64,000 bases of DNA from Betaproteobacteria bacterium (GCA_016234655.1 JACRAU010000023.1:42066-106065), one strand, 5' to 3'. Shown: positions 20,427 to 30,794, counted from the stretch's first letter. The notes: a model not told the origin generated them from the letters alone. Numbers and translations are program-made.

Positions 20427-20756
20427 TCAGCCCAGGTTTTCGGTGAACCGTCGCCTCGCCGCGTCCAGCTCGGCACGGAGCAAGGCGCGCTGGGTGGTGT
20501 CGCTCGCCGCCTGGTCGAGCAGCCGGGCGCAATCGGCGGCGAAGGCCTCGAACGCCGCCATCACCTTGGCCTCGTCGAGCGCGCGGGCCTTGCGCGGTGC
20601 CGGTCTGGCCACGCCGTCCAGCGGCATAAGCACCGCGTAGCGCGGGATCAGTTTCTGCCCGCCGCTCTCGCCGCTGGCGGCGATGGGGCTGGTTTTTACA
20701 TAGACCTGGCCCTCGAACTCGAATCGAGCGCCTATCGGCAGTTGGGTGAATTTCAT
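20427..20756 (-). CDS. Hypothetical protein
   Basis: 109-aa ORF packed between selO and the dsbA-like gene on the same strand; no family recognised. Confidence 0.55.
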   Translation of the reverse strand: MKFTQLPIGARFEFEGQVYVKTSPIAASGESGGQKLIPRYAVLMPLDGVARPAPRKARALDEAKVMAAFEAFAADCARLLDQAASDTTQRALLRAELDAARRRFTENLG

Positions 20757-20811
20757 GATTGCGGGTTGTCGATGCGGACGAGGCCCAATCTACAGCCTCC
20801 GGTGATCGCGC

Positions 20812-22410
20812 TCAAGAACTGCACGACAACATGGAACAGCCGGCCTTCTGCCTGGCCCAATCCGGCCGCTTGGCGGCGAAGCGCGCGCGCTCGGGCTGTT
20901 CGTCGTAGGGCCGGCGCATCACGTCGAGCAGTTCGTGCACCCGGCTTGCGTCGCCCTGTTCGGCCAGGTCGATGGCCTCTTGCGCCAGGTAATTGCGCAG
21001 CACGAAGCGCGGGTTGACCGCGTTCATCCGGGCGCGGCGCTCTGCCGCCGGCATGGCCTCCAGGCGCAGGTGTCGGGCATAACGACCGAGCCAGGCCTCG
21101 AAGTCGGCCCGGTGCCGGAGGCGTAGCGTTTCCGAATAGAAGGCTTCGTGCAGGGGCGCGAGGCTGGGCGCATCGGCGTCTATCTGGGCCAGCTCGCGGA
21201 AGAACAGGGTCATGTCCACCTCGGCCTTGTGCAGCAAGGTGAAGGCCTCGGCCATCAGCTCGAGGGTGTCCTCGTCGAGCCGGGACAGGCCGAATTTGGC
21301 CGCAGTCATGGCGCGCGATTCCACGAGATAGGCATCGACGAAGCCTTCCATGCCATTTTGCAGCGGCTCGGCCGTGCGGAAGGCCGGGCGCAGGGCCTCG
21401 GCCAATCGGCTCAGGTTCCAGTGCGCGATTTGCGCCTGGTGGCCGAAGCGGTAGCGCCGGCCCTCGGCATCGGTGGTGTTGGGCGTCCAGTCCGGGTCGT
21501 AGTTGTCGATCCAGCCGTAGGGGCCGTAGTCGATGGTCAGGCCGAGGATGGACATGTTGTCGGTGTTCATCACGCCGTGGACGAAGCCCACGCGCATCCA
21601 ATGCGCGATCATGCGCGCGGTGCGGCCGCACACCTCGGCGAACCAGCGCGCGCGTTTCTCTTCGGTGTCGCCTTCCAGTTCCGAGAAGTCGCGGGCGATG
21701 GTGAAATCCACCAAGCGCTTCAAGAGTTCGGTGTCGCCGCGCGAAGCGAGGATTTCGAAATTGCCGAAGCGGATGAAACCGGGTGCCACCCGGCACACCA
21801 CCGCGCCCGGCTCGTATCGAGGGTTGCCGTCGTAGAACATGTCGCGCACGACCTCTTCGCCGGTGCCCACCAGGCTGAGCGCGCGCGTGGTCGGCACGCC
21901 CAAATGGTGCATGGCCTCGCTGCACAGAAATTCGCGGATCGACGATCTCAATACCGCGCGGCCGTCGGCTCGGCGGGCATAGGGCGTGGGGCCGGCGCCC
22001 TTCAATTGCAGCTCCCAGCGCTGGCCTGCCGAGTTGACGGTCTCGCCCAGGTTGATCGCGCGGCCGTCGCCCAACTGACCGGCCCAGTTGCCGAACTGGT
22101 GGCCGCCGTAGCAGGCGGCATACGGGTCCATGCCCGCGATCAGGCGGTTGCCGCCGAACACCTCGGCGAACGCGGGCGTATCGATGTCGGCCTCGGCAAG
22201 GCCGAGCAAGGCCGCCACCTCGGGCGAGTGCGCCAGCAGATGCGGCTTGGCCACCGGCGTCGGCGGCACGCGCGACCAGCAGGCGCCGTGCACCTGGCGT
22301 CGGTGCGGGCCTTGCTCGGGGTCGCCCGGCAGTTCGTTGATAAAGCGGTTGTCGAAATTCAGCTTGAGCATATCGGCATGATAGGGCCGACTGCCAGACG
22401 GTTCAGCCAT
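20812..22410 (-). CDS. selO: Protein adenylyltransferase SelO (YdiU/UPF0061)
   Basis: [16 protein letters not shown]-terminus and [23 protein letters not shown] block; the start could alternatively be the second Met (22371). Confidence 0.9.
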   Translation of the reverse strand: MAEPSGSRPYHADMLKLNFDNRFINELPGDPEQGPHRRQVHGACWSRVPPTPVAKPHLLAHSPEVAALLGLAEADIDTPAFAEVFGGNRLIAGMDPYAACYGGHQFGNWAGQLGDGRAINLGETVNSAGQRWELQLKGAGPTPYARRADGRAVLRSSIREFLCSEAMHHLGVPTTRALSLVGTGEEVVRDMFYDGNPRYEPGAVVCRVAPGFIRFGNFEILASRGDTELLKRLVDFTIARDFSELEGDTEEKRARWFAEVCGRTARMIAHWMRVGFVHGVMNTDNMSILGLTIDYGPYGWIDNYDPDWTPNTTDAEGRRYRFGHQAQIAHWNLSRLAEALRPAFRTAEPLQNGMEGFVDAYLVESRAMTAAKFGLSRLDEDTLELMAEAFTLLHKAEVDMTLFFRELAQIDADAPSLAPLHEAFYSETLRLRHRADFEAWLGRYARHLRLEAMPAAERRARMNAVNPRFVLRNYLAQEAIDLAEQGDASRVHELLDVMRRPYDEQPERARFAAKRPDWARQKAGCSMLSCSS

Positions 22411-22423
22411 GGCTTGAGTGGGG

Positions 22424-23020
22424 TTAACGCCGCCAGACCAGGCAACGGTTGTTGGCCGGCATTTCGCGGTCTTCCAGCAGGGTCAGGCCGATGGCCGCCG
22501 CCAGTGCATTCACCGCCTCGAAATCGCGGATGCCCTGGTGCGCGCAGTGCTCTTTCAGCCACAGCTCAAACTTGGCGTTGCTCTCGCTGGTGAACCGGCC
22601 CTTGTAGTTGAACGGGCCGTAGACGATCAGCTTGGCGTTCTCGGCCAATACGTCGGCCAAGCCGGCAAAGGCGCGCTCCACCTCGGGCCAGCCCATGATG
22701 TGCAGGGTGTTGGCGCTGAACACCGCGTCGAATCTTTGCTGCGGCCAAGCGCCGGTCACATCCAGTTCGATGGGGGCGGGCGTGTTGGCCAGGGCCGCCT
22801 CGTCCAACCACATCGCAATACCCGGTAGATTATCGGCGCGGTCGCTAGCCTGCCAGGTCAAATGCGGCAGCGCGGCGGCGAAGAATGCCGCGTGCTGGCC
22901 GGTGCCGCTGCCGATCTCAAGCACTCGGCGGCGGTCCATCAAGTGTTCGCGCAGGGCTTCCAGAATCGGCTCGCGATTGCGCTCGCACGAAGGCGCGTGC
23001 GGCTTTTCGGCAGCGGCCAT
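22424..23020 (-). CDS. DUF938 class I SAM-dependent methyltransferase
   Basis: [15 protein letters not shown]... and motif [16 protein letters not shown]. Confidence 0.85.
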   Translation of the reverse strand: MAAAEKPHAPSCERNREPILEALREHLMDRRRVLEIGSGTGQHAAFFAAALPHLTWQASDRADNLPGIAMWLDEAALANTPAPIELDVTGAWPQQRFDAVFSANTLHIMGWPEVERAFAGLADVLAENAKLIVYGPFNYKGRFTSESNAKFELWLKEHCAHQGIRDFEAVNALAAAIGLTLLEDREMPANNRCLVWRR

Positions 23021-23023
23021 CGG

Positions 23024-23524
23024 CTAGCCCAGGTAATCCTTCTTGCCCAAGGGCACGCCGTTGTGGCGCAAGATGTCGTAGGCCGTGGTGATGTGGAAGA
23101 ACAGGTTGGGCAGGGCGCGGTTCAGCAAGAATTGCTGGCCGTGATAGGTGCTCACCGTGTCGCCGCGTTTGATGGTCACCTCGCGCGCCTCGCTGCCGTC
23201 GATCTGGTCGGGCCGGAAGCTTTGCAGATAAGACACTATCTCGTACACTCGCGCGATCAGCTCGGCAAAGCTCTGCTCGATATGGGCGAACTCGGGCGCT
23301 TCGACGCCGGCCAGGCGGGCGGCGCCGTTCTTGGCGTGGTCGCAGGCCACCTGCACCTGCTTGGCGAAACCGAACATATCGGGATACAGACGGTAATTGA
23401 GCAAGACCGCCGGGTCGATTTTGTTCGCAACGCAATGGGCCTCGGCCTTTTCTAGGATGGCGGCCAGGTTGCTCAAGGCATGAATGAACACCGGCACCGA
23501 GGCCTGGTACATGGAAATCGACAT
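23024..23524 (-). CDS. DUF1993 domain protein
   Basis: MYQASVPVFIHALSNLAAILEKAE... typical DUF1993 N-terminus, 166 aa. Confidence 0.8.
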   Translation of the reverse strand: MSISMYQASVPVFIHALSNLAAILEKAEAHCVANKIDPAVLLNYRLYPDMFGFAKQVQVACDHAKNGAARLAGVEAPEFAHIEQSFAELIARVYEIVSYLQSFRPDQIDGSEAREVTIKRGDTVSTYHGQQFLLNRALPNLFFHITTAYDILRHNGVPLGKKDYLG

Positions 23525-23683
23525 GGTGTACTCCAGAATCGCGATAAGTTCGGAGCGCGCAGCCTAGCACAGCGGGGCGCTCGATTCGATGAAGGCCCCG
23601 CTTGCGCATGGGTCTGGCCTCGCCGACGCGATCCGGGTTTTATTCGGAGGCCAGTGCGATTATCCTTCTGCCTTGAATCAATC

Positions 23684-25378
23684 ATGATGCGCATTCGCAG
23701 CCCCACCCCGATGACAATCTCGGTCAGCGAAGTCCTTGTCAAATTCCTGGAAAAACTGGGCGTCCGCTGCGTTTTCGGCATCCCCGGCTCGCACATCCTG
23801 CCGGTCTACGATGCGCTCCATGATTCGCCCATCCGCTCGGTGCTGGCCAAGCACGAGCAGGCAGCGGGTTTCATGGCCGGCGGCCATGCCCGGCTGACGG
23901 GCGGGGTCGGGGCCTGCATCACCACCGCCGGGCCGGGCGCGACCAACCTGGTCACCGCCATTGCCAATGCCTATGCCGATCACCTGCCGGTGATCGCCAT
24001 CACCGGCGAGGCGCCCACCCACATCTTCGGCAAGGGCGGTTTGCAGGAGAGCTCGGGCGAAGGCGGCAGCATCGACCAGGTGGCCCTGTTCGCCGGCATC
24101 ACCCGCTACCACAAGCTGGTCGAGCGCACCGATTACCTGCCCAATGTGCTGATCCAGGCAGCCAAGCACTTGCTGTCCAAGACGCCCGGCCCCGTGGTCT
24201 TGAGCATTCCCTACAACATCCAGAAAGAACGGGTCGACGCCGCTATCCTCGATGCGATCAGCTTCGGCCGCGCCAACGGCGAAGGCGTGATCGCCGAGCC
24301 CTACATCGATAAAAGCGTGGCCATGCTGCGCGCAGCCAAGCGTCCGCTGATCGTCGCCGGCTACGGCTGCATCCGCGCCGGCGCGCGGGAGCCCCTGCGC
24401 CGCATCAGCGAACGGCTGAATATCCCGGTCACCAGCAGCCTCAAGGCCAAGGGCGCCATCGACGAGCGCTCGGCGCTGGCCCTAGGCAGCCTGGGCGTCA
24501 CCTCCGGCGGCGATGCCCTGCGCTATCTGGAACAAGAGGCCGATCTGGTGCTGGTGCTGGGCGCGGGCTTCAACGAGCGCACCAGCTATGTCTGGGACAA
24601 AAATCTCCTGGCCGGCAAGAGGCTCATCCAGGTGGACAACAGCGCCCAGCAACTGGACAAGGTCTTCCGCGCCGACCTCACGGTGCATGCCGACCTGGGC
24701 GCCTATCTCAAGGCACTGGATGCCGCCATTCAGAAAGAAAACCTTGCAGCCAAGGCGCCGGTGGACATCGCCGCCTTCATCGCCGCCACCCAGGCCCAGG
24801 CGGCGGCCAAGGGCGAGACCATCTTCAATGCGCAGTTCGACCACGTGCGCGCCTTTTATGCCTGGCTGGAACAGCGGTTTCCCGACGGCCTGGTTATGTT
24901 CGACGACAACATCGTGTTCGCCCAGAACTTCTACCGGGTGTCGGCCAAGGACCGGTTCTGTCCCAACACCGGTATTTCCTCGCTCGGTTATGCCATCCCG
25001 GCCGCCATCGGCGCCGGCTGCGAGGTGAAGCAGCCGCTGTTCGCCATGATCGGCGACGGCGGCTTCCACATGTGCGCCATGGAGATCATGACCGCGGTCA
25101 ACTACAACATCCCGCTGAACGTCGTCCTGTTCAACAACAGCACCATGGGCCTGATCCGCAAGAACCAGCATCACCTCTACCAAGATCGCTTCATCGACTG
25201 CGATTTCACCAACCCGGATTTCGCGCTGCTGGCAAAGGCCTTCGGCATCCGGCACAGCCGGGTGGAGAACGAACAGGATTTGGCGAAACTGGATGCGGTC
25301 GATTTCCATCACGGCATCAACCTCATCGAGCTCATGATCGACCGGGATGCCTACCCGAATTATTCTTCAAGACGTTAA
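23684..25378 (+). CDS. Thiamine-pyrophosphate-dependent enzyme (acetolactate synthase-like)
   Basis: N-terminal VFGIPGSHILPVYDAL; TPP-binding IGDGGFHMCAMEIMTAVNYNIPLNVVLFNNSTMG. Start at ATG 23684 or 23711; the track ORF start at 23480 overlaps the divergent gene. Confidence 0.85.
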   Translation: MMRIRSPTPMTISVSEVLVKFLEKLGVRCVFGIPGSHILPVYDALHDSPIRSVLAKHEQAAGFMAGGHARLTGGVGACITTAGPGATNLVTAIANAYADHLPVIAITGEAPTHIFGKGGLQESSGEGGSIDQVALFAGITRYHKLVERTDYLPNVLIQAAKHLLSKTPGPVVLSIPYNIQKERVDAAILDAISFGRANGEGVIAEPYIDKSVAMLRAAKRPLIVAGYGCIRAGAREPLRRISERLNIPVTSSLKAKGAIDERSALALGSLGVTSGGDALRYLEQEADLVLVLGAGFNERTSYVWDKNLLAGKRLIQVDNSAQQLDKVFRADLTVHADLGAYLKALDAAIQKENLAAKAPVDIAAFIAATQAQAAAKGETIFNAQFDHVRAFYAWLEQRFPDGLVMFDDNIVFAQNFYRVSAKDRFCPNTGISSLGYAIPAAIGAGCEVKQPLFAMIGDGGFHMCAMEIMTAVNYNIPLNVVLFNNSTMGLIRKNQHHLYQDRFIDCDFTNPDFALLAKAFGIRHSRVENEQDLAKLDAVDFHHGINLIELMIDRDAYPNYSSRR

Positions 25379-25384
25379 CGGCGC

Positions 25385-27190
25385 ATGAGCGAGAGCAGGG
25401 CGCCGCAGTTGGCGGCATGCATCGCCCGCCACCGGGCCGGCATCCCGGGCCTGGCCGAGCTGGGCCGGCAACTGCAAGCAGCCGAGTTGATCGCGCTGTA
25501 CGAACAGGCCTACCCCCTGCTGGAACAAGCCATGTGGTCGGATGGCGCAGACTTCGCGCCCCTGCTGGCCGACTACCAGGCCCTGTTCCGCGAGCAGGAG
25601 GCGCTGATTGCACAAAAGGGCAACGACGACCGTCACCACTTCATCCTCGGCATTCCCATCGCCGACCGGCCGCCCCATCTGCGCGCCTGTCTGGAAAGCA
25701 TTTATCAGGTCTGCCGGCTGTATGACTACGGCGGCCAAACCGCCGGCGTGTGGAGCAAGATCAAGGTCGTCGTCAGCGAAGACAGCCGCAAGGAGACCAA
25801 CATCCGCCGCGATATCGAGCTGGTGGAGGAATATCGGGCGAAGGGCTTGCAGGTCGTCCACTTCGGCCTGACCGAGCAATATGAACTGCTGCACGCCCTG
25901 CCGGCCGGCACGCGCGAACGCCTGGGCCATCTGCTCACCACTCAGCCCAAAGACCAGTTCTATCTCAAGGGCCAGGCCGCCAACCGGAACCTGAGCTACC
26001 TCAAGTTTCTGCAACTCACCGAAGACAAGGCCAAGACGCTGTATTACCTGGTCGACAGCGACCAGCACTTTTGCGTCAACCGCCAGACCGCCAGCGGCGA
26101 CGAGGCGGTGTATGCCCTGAATTACTTCCACTACGTCGATAAGATTTTCCGCGGCAGCGACACCCTCATGCTCACCGGCAAGATGGTGGGCGACCCACCG
26201 GTGTCGCCCTCGGTAATGGCGGCCAACTTTCTCGACGATGTCACTGCCTTTTTCAGCCGCCTGGCCGAGTTGGGCGGCAGCGAGGCCTGCCGGTTTCACG
26301 GCACCCGACAAAAGCCGGGCGACGCCGCCTATCACGACCTGTCCAAGCTGTTCGGCTTTGAGCAAAAACAGGCCACCTTCGAATATTCGTGCCGGCTGCA
26401 CGGCGCGCACGACCACGCCGCCTGCCTGCGCGGCTTCGCCGGTCGGTTGAACGCCTTCTTCTTCGGCGAGCACCTCACGCGCAAGACCTGGTTCAGCTAC
26501 GGCAACGGCTTTGCCCAGCTCAGCCCGGCGCGCACCGTCTACCCCGGCAACTATGTCGTCAACTACGCGGGGCTGAAATACGTCATCCCCTTCGGCCATC
26601 TGCGCCTGCGCATGTCCGGCCCCACCGCCGGCCGGCTGATCGCCGCCGAGATCGGCCCGCGCTTCGCCGCGTTCAACATGCCCAACCTGCACCGGCGCGT
26701 CACCGAGGCGGGGCTGAATGACGACTTCCGCCCCGGCGTGGAAGTGGGGCAGGAACATATCGACCTCGCCAACGAATTCGAGCGCCAATTCTTCGGCGAC
26801 CTGATGCTGTTTTCCACCGAAGCGCTGGTCAAGCGGACTGACGTGACCCAGCCCTTCGCCCGCGCGGCGGTCGAGGCCGTGCTCGATCAGAAAGAGGCCG
26901 AACTGTTGGCGCTATATCGGCAAAAGCACGAGGCCATCGTGGCCAAGAGCCGGCAATTGAGCGAGCGGGTGTTCGAGAGTGGTCATTGGTGGCTGGCTGT
27001 GTCCGATCTGGCGGGCGCACTAGAGCAGGTGCGGATATTCATCGCCAACATCGAGCGCAACTTCGGCCAGCACGCGCCGGCCTGGGGCCAGATACAGTCG
27101 GCCGAGCACCGCGCCCAGCGCAAACAGCAGATCGTCGAGGCCTTGATGAACTACCGGGCCGAGCGCGAGGCTTGGGACAGCCTGTTCTAA
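25385..27190 (+). CDS. Hypothetical 601-aa protein with a possible GT-A-like glycosyltransferase core
   Basis: Starts 6 nt after the TPP-enzyme stop; FILGIPIADRPPHLRACLESI followed by LYYLVDSDQHF (DxD-like) resembles a GT-A fold; the C-terminal ~300 aa are unrecognised. Confidence 0.55.
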   Translation: MSESRAPQLAACIARHRAGIPGLAELGRQLQAAELIALYEQAYPLLEQAMWSDGADFAPLLADYQALFREQEALIAQKGNDDRHHFILGIPIADRPPHLRACLESIYQVCRLYDYGGQTAGVWSKIKVVVSEDSRKETNIRRDIELVEEYRAKGLQVVHFGLTEQYELLHALPAGTRERLGHLLTTQPKDQFYLKGQAANRNLSYLKFLQLTEDKAKTLYYLVDSDQHFCVNRQTASGDEAVYALNYFHYVDKIFRGSDTLMLTGKMVGDPPVSPSVMAANFLDDVTAFFSRLAELGGSEACRFHGTRQKPGDAAYHDLSKLFGFEQKQATFEYSCRLHGAHDHAACLRGFAGRLNAFFFGEHLTRKTWFSYGNGFAQLSPARTVYPGNYVVNYAGLKYVIPFGHLRLRMSGPTAGRLIAAEIGPRFAAFNMPNLHRRVTEAGLNDDFRPGVEVGQEHIDLANEFERQFFGDLMLFSTEALVKRTDVTQPFARAAVEAVLDQKEAELLALYRQKHEAIVAKSRQLSERVFESGHWWLAVSDLAGALEQVRIFIANIERNFGQHAPAWGQIQSAEHRAQRKQQIVEALMNYRAEREAWDSLF

Positions 27191-27196
27191 TCCCGG

Positions 27197-27523
27197 CTAT
27201 TCCAATTGGCTTGGGTGTTTGATTGTTGCAATCAACCTGGGCAGTCGCTGCTGACTGGCCATATCTCTCGGTAAATGACCGGGTAGGACCTCAAGAAAAC
27301 CCGGCGTAGCCAAGAGCCCGCGAAACTCTGCCGCCAGCAAGCTCTTAGCCAGCCCGACATAAGAAAGCCGGTTCTCGCCTAGCGAGACGAGTTTCAGCGC
27401 AACCGCCAAATCTTGCGGCTTCAACACCCATTGCCGGTTGCTGGCCCGGCGCAAGGCGGCGGAATCGCCTGCGATAGAAGGTTTGTTTTTCACGATACTC
27501 GATTCGTCATATGCAATATGCAT
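27197..27523 (-). CDS. Hypothetical small protein
   Basis: 108-aa ORF downstream of the sulfotransferase-like gene on the same strand, in a lower-GC stretch; no family recognised. Confidence 0.35.
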   Translation of the reverse strand: MHIAYDESSIVKNKPSIAGDSAALRRASNRQWVLKPQDLAVALKLVSLGENRLSYVGLAKSLLAAEFRGLLATPGFLEVLPGHLPRDMASQQRLPRLIATIKHPSQLE

Positions 27524-27565
27524 ACAGCATATAACGCTACCCGGGCTGGGCTGGGTTAGAAGAGT

Positions 27566-28321
27566 TCATCTGAGACTGAGCGAATCCGCCGCCTTCTCGA
27601 TAATCTGCCGCCGGCAGGCCTCATACACTGCCCGCGCCTGGTCCAGCACCTTTTGCGGCACCGCGACATGCGAGTAATCCACCGGCGTGCGGTCGATGCG
27701 GCCGCTGTGAATGCGCGCGGACGAGTCGCCCTTTCGGGCTTTGCCGGTGTGGCTGAAGCGTCGATAGCGCTCGCTCAAGGGCGTATCCAGCGCAAGCCAG
27801 TGCGAGAGTTTGGGCAGCAGCTGCTCCGGTGCGCGCTGGAACAGCTCGGCATCGAAATAGAAATAGGGCCGGTCGGCCGACTGGCTGAACTCGGCCAGAG
27901 CCTGCACCCGCGCCATGTAGTAGTTGGCCGCTTCAAGCGGCGAGGCATAAGGCTCGGCCGCCGCTTTTTGCGCGAACAGATTTACGATGCTCTTGATCGT
28001 GTGCTCCGGCTCGGCCAGGGAGACCAGGATTTTGATATCGGCCCGGCCCAGCCGCTCGGGTCTTAGCCGATAGTCGTTATGCAGCAGCTTGTCGAACAGA
28101 TAGCGGCTGCTCGGCTTGAGCGCATCGCCTTCCAGAAACACCGCCAGCTGTTTATCCAGCGCGGCGGTATCGTCATAGCTGATGTGCATTTCGTAATAGC
28201 CGTTGATCTGCGGGTGCGAGCCGAGAATATGCCCGGCCAGGCTGGTAAAGGCCCGCATGTGGCTGAGCAGGAAGATTCGGGCGTGGGGTTCGGGCACGGC
28301 GTTCATGGCATGAGGCTTCAT
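27566..28321 (-). CDS. Sulfotransferase-like protein (tentative)
   Basis: 251-aa ORF; N-terminal RIFLLSHMRAFTSLAGHILGSHPQING resembles a degenerate PAPS 5'-phosphosulfate-binding loop, with later GDSSARIHSG; assignment uncertain. Confidence 0.45.
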   Translation of the reverse strand: MKPHAMNAVPEPHARIFLLSHMRAFTSLAGHILGSHPQINGYYEMHISYDDTAALDKQLAVFLEGDALKPSSRYLFDKLLHNDYRLRPERLGRADIKILVSLAEPEHTIKSIVNLFAQKAAAEPYASPLEAANYYMARVQALAEFSQSADRPYFYFDAELFQRAPEQLLPKLSHWLALDTPLSERYRRFSHTGKARKGDSSARIHSGRIDRTPVDYSHVAVPQKVLDQARAVYEACRRQIIEKAADSLSLR

Positions 28322-28448
28322 GGATCAAGCGATTGATCACATTGCATAAAAACGGGCACAGCCCAAATCATAACAATCTCAGCCTGCCAAGCATCCCCTG
28401 CCCCGCAAGCGGGGGAAGCTCAGATTGCGGTGCATTTCCTTTAATGCT

Positions 28449-29027
<579 letters not shown>

Positions 29028-29035
29028 TCACTAGT

Positions 29036-29051
29036 AGCAAGCGGCAGGCCA
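29036..29051 (-). promoter_or_regulatory. Candidate sigma54 -24/-12 promoter for nifF
   Basis: Minus strand reads TGGCCT-gccgc-TTGCT (GG-N10-GC spacing correct, two mismatches in the -24 box), about 40 nt upstream of the nifF ATG. Confidence 0.4.
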
Positions 29052-29161
29052 CCTCGGCTTGGGCTGGCGTCGATGCGCGCTGGCTGGCGGAAACGGCCGG
29101 GCCACGGCCTGTGCCGGCTTGGTGCGGATCGCACCACTTTGCGCCGCATGGTCGGGGCGGC

Positions 29162-29177
29162 TGTCGCAAACCCGACA
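29162..29177. promoter_or_regulatory. NifA upstream activator sequence (TGT-N10-ACA)
   Basis: TGTcgcaaacccgACA; ~95 bp upstream of the plus-strand -24 box and ~110-125 bp from the candidate nifF promoter. Confidence 0.65.
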
Positions 29178-29271
29178 AGCGTTCGTGCAAGTGGGTTTCC
29201 ACACACAGGGTTGGGCGTTTTGCCTCCAACAATCAATATATAAATCAATTATTTGCGTTTGCTCCGGCCTT

Positions 29272-29287
29272 TGGCACGGCCCTTGCG
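29272..29287 (+). promoter_or_regulatory. Sigma54 -24/-12 promoter of the iscA(nif)-nifUSV... operon
   Basis: TGGCAC-ggccc-TTGCG, near-perfect match to TGGCAC-N5-TTGCA; ~40 nt upstream of the iscA ATG with RBS taggaga. Confidence 0.8.
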
Positions 29288-29325
29288 ATTGTCAGACCGT
29301 AAGGCACTTTTCTTAGGAGAACGCG

Positions 29326-29649
29326 ATGATCAACCTGACCCCCAAGGCCATTTCCGCCATCGACAAATTCATCAAGGGCAACGACACCCCGGTGGTCGGC
29401 CTGCGCCTCTCCATCTCGGGCGGCGGTTGCTCCGGTTTCCAGTACGGCATGAGCCTGGAGGCGAACAAGGCCGAGGACGACGTGGTGGTCGAGATCGGCG
29501 GCGTCACGCTGCTGGTCGACCCGTTCTCGGCGCCGATGCTGCAGGGCGTGACCGTGGATTTCGTCGACAGCCTGAACGGCAGCGGCTTCAAGTTCGAGAA
29601 CCCCAACGCGACCAGCAGTTGCGCTTGCGGTTCTTCGTTTTCGGCTTGA
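29326..29649 (+). CDS. iscA: nif-associated A-type Fe-S cluster carrier (IscA/HesB family)
   Basis: 107 aa; GGGCSGFQY and C-terminal SSCACGSSF motifs. Confidence 0.9.
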   Translation: MINLTPKAISAIDKFIKGNDTPVVGLRLSISGGGCSGFQYGMSLEANKAEDDVVVEIGGVTLLVDPFSAPMLQGVTVDFVDSLNGSGFKFENPNATSSCACGSSFSA

Positions 29650-29651
29650 TG

Positions 29652-29671
29652 CCGTTCATGGCCATGAACGG
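29652..29671. other. Perfect 20-bp palindrome just after the iscA(nif) stop
   Basis: CCGTTCATGG|CCATGAACGG. Confidence 0.6.
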
Positions 29672-29673
29672 TT

Positions 29674-29717
29674 CTTCCCTCTCCCCCAACCCCTCTCCCG
29701 CCTGCGGGCGAGGGGAG
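29674..29717. repeat. GC-rich hairpin repeat (CCCTCTCCC...GCGGG..GGGGAG family)
   Basis: ttccctctcccccaacccctctcccgcctgcgggcgaggggagc; related to copies at 28401-28414 and 30651-30775. Confidence 0.65.
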
Positions 29718-29736
29718 CATTAAAAGGAATACGGAC

Positions 29737-30642
29737 ATGTGGGACTACTCGGATAAGGTCAAGGAACACTTCTTCAGCCCGCGCAATTCAGGGGTGCTGA
29801 ACGATGCCAACGCGGTGGGCGATGTCGGCTCCATCTCCTGCGGCGATGCCTTGCGCCTGATGCTCAAGGTGAACCCGGAAACCGAGGTGATCGAGGACGC
29901 CCACTTCCAGACCTTCGGTTGCGGCTCGGCCATCGCCTCGTCGTCGGCGCTGACCGAGATCATCAAGGGCATGAAGCTGGACGACGCGCTCAAGGTGTCC
30001 AACCAGGACATCGCCGATTACCTGGATGGCCTGCCGCCGGAGAAGATGCACTGCTCGGTGATGGGACGCGAGGCCCTGCAAGCGGCCATCGCCAACTACC
30101 GTGGCGAGGAGTGGAGCGACGACCACGAGGAAGGCGCCCTGATCTGCAAGTGCTTCGCCATCGACGCGGTGATGATCGAGGACACGGTGCGGGCCAACAA
30201 GCTGTCCACGGTCGAGGATGTGATCAACTACACCAAGGCCGGCGGCGGCTGCTCTTCCTGCCACGAGGGTATCGAGGAAATCTTGGTCAAGGTGCTGGCC
30301 GAGCGGGGCGAGACCTTCCAGGCCGGGCCGGTGAAGATGAAGGAAGAGAATGCCCAAAATGGTAAGGGCGGCAAGCTGAACAACCTGCAACGCATCCGCC
30401 GCATCGAGATGGTGCTGGAGTCGGTGCGTCCGCAGTTGCAGCGCGACCACGGCGACATCGAGCTGGTCGATGTCGACGGCAAGACGGTCTACGTCAACAT
30501 GACTGGCGCTTGCGCCGGCTGCCAGATGGAGGCCCTGACCCTGCAAGGCATCCAGCAGAAGCTGATGGAAGAGTTGGGCGAGATGATCAAGATCGTGCCG
30601 ACCAAGGCCGGTGCTTACGCCAGGGCGGCGAGCCAGGCGTAG
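29737..30642 (+). CDS. nifU: Nitrogenase Fe-S cluster scaffold NifU
   Basis: Three-module layout: IscU-like ([24 protein letters not shown]), central 2Fe-2S (CKC...GGGCSSCH), C-terminal Nfu (GACAGCQM); closely resembles Azotobacter NifU. Confidence 0.97.
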   Translation: MWDYSDKVKEHFFSPRNSGVLNDANAVGDVGSISCGDALRLMLKVNPETEVIEDAHFQTFGCGSAIASSSALTEIIKGMKLDDALKVSNQDIADYLDGLPPEKMHCSVMGREALQAAIANYRGEEWSDDHEEGALICKCFAIDAVMIEDTVRANKLSTVEDVINYTKAGGGCSSCHEGIEEILVKVLAERGETFQAGPVKMKEENAQNGKGGKLNNLQRIRRIEMVLESVRPQLQRDHGDIELVDVDGKTVYVNMTGACAGCQMEALTLQGIQQKLMEELGEMIKIVPTKAGAYARAASQA

Positions 30643-30650
30643 GTGGTTTT

Positions 30651-30775
30651 GTCCCCTCCCCCGCAAGCGGGGGAGGGTTAGGGAGAGGGGGCGGTATCTC
30701 GCGCAATCGGCCCTCTCCCCCAGCCCCTCTGATGAAGCCGCTACCCTGCGGTATCCCGCTTGCGGGAGAGGGGAG
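30651..30775. repeat. Cluster of three GC-rich hairpin repeats between nifU and nifS
   Basis: Perfect 11-bp stem CCCTCCCCCGC-aa-GCGGGGGAGGG (30654-30677); GGGAGAGGGGGC...GCCCTCTCCCCC; TCCCGC-tt-GCGGGAGAGGGGAG. Confidence 0.7.
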
Positions 30776-30794
30776 ATGAACGAAAGGATAGAAA

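Noticed and set aside
20753-21925. 390-aa minus-strand ORF overlapping selO in another frame
   Set aside because: It is Arg/Pro/Gly-dominated with no motifs, while the selO frame has the diagnostic [15 protein letters not shown] block.
25367-26788. 473-aa minus-strand ORF opposite the 601-aa gene
   Set aside because: Its Ala/Gly/Val/Gln-rich, low-complexity composition and lack of motifs are typical of an antisense frame. The plus-strand ORF has balanced composition and is positioned 6 nt after the upstream gene.
28345-28365. Possible nifF terminator (GGGC-tgt-GCCC-ttttt on the minus strand)
   Set aside because: It has only a 4-bp stem, which is too weak to annotate. nifF termination may instead involve the CCCCGCAAGCGGGG hairpin, but that lacks a U-tract.
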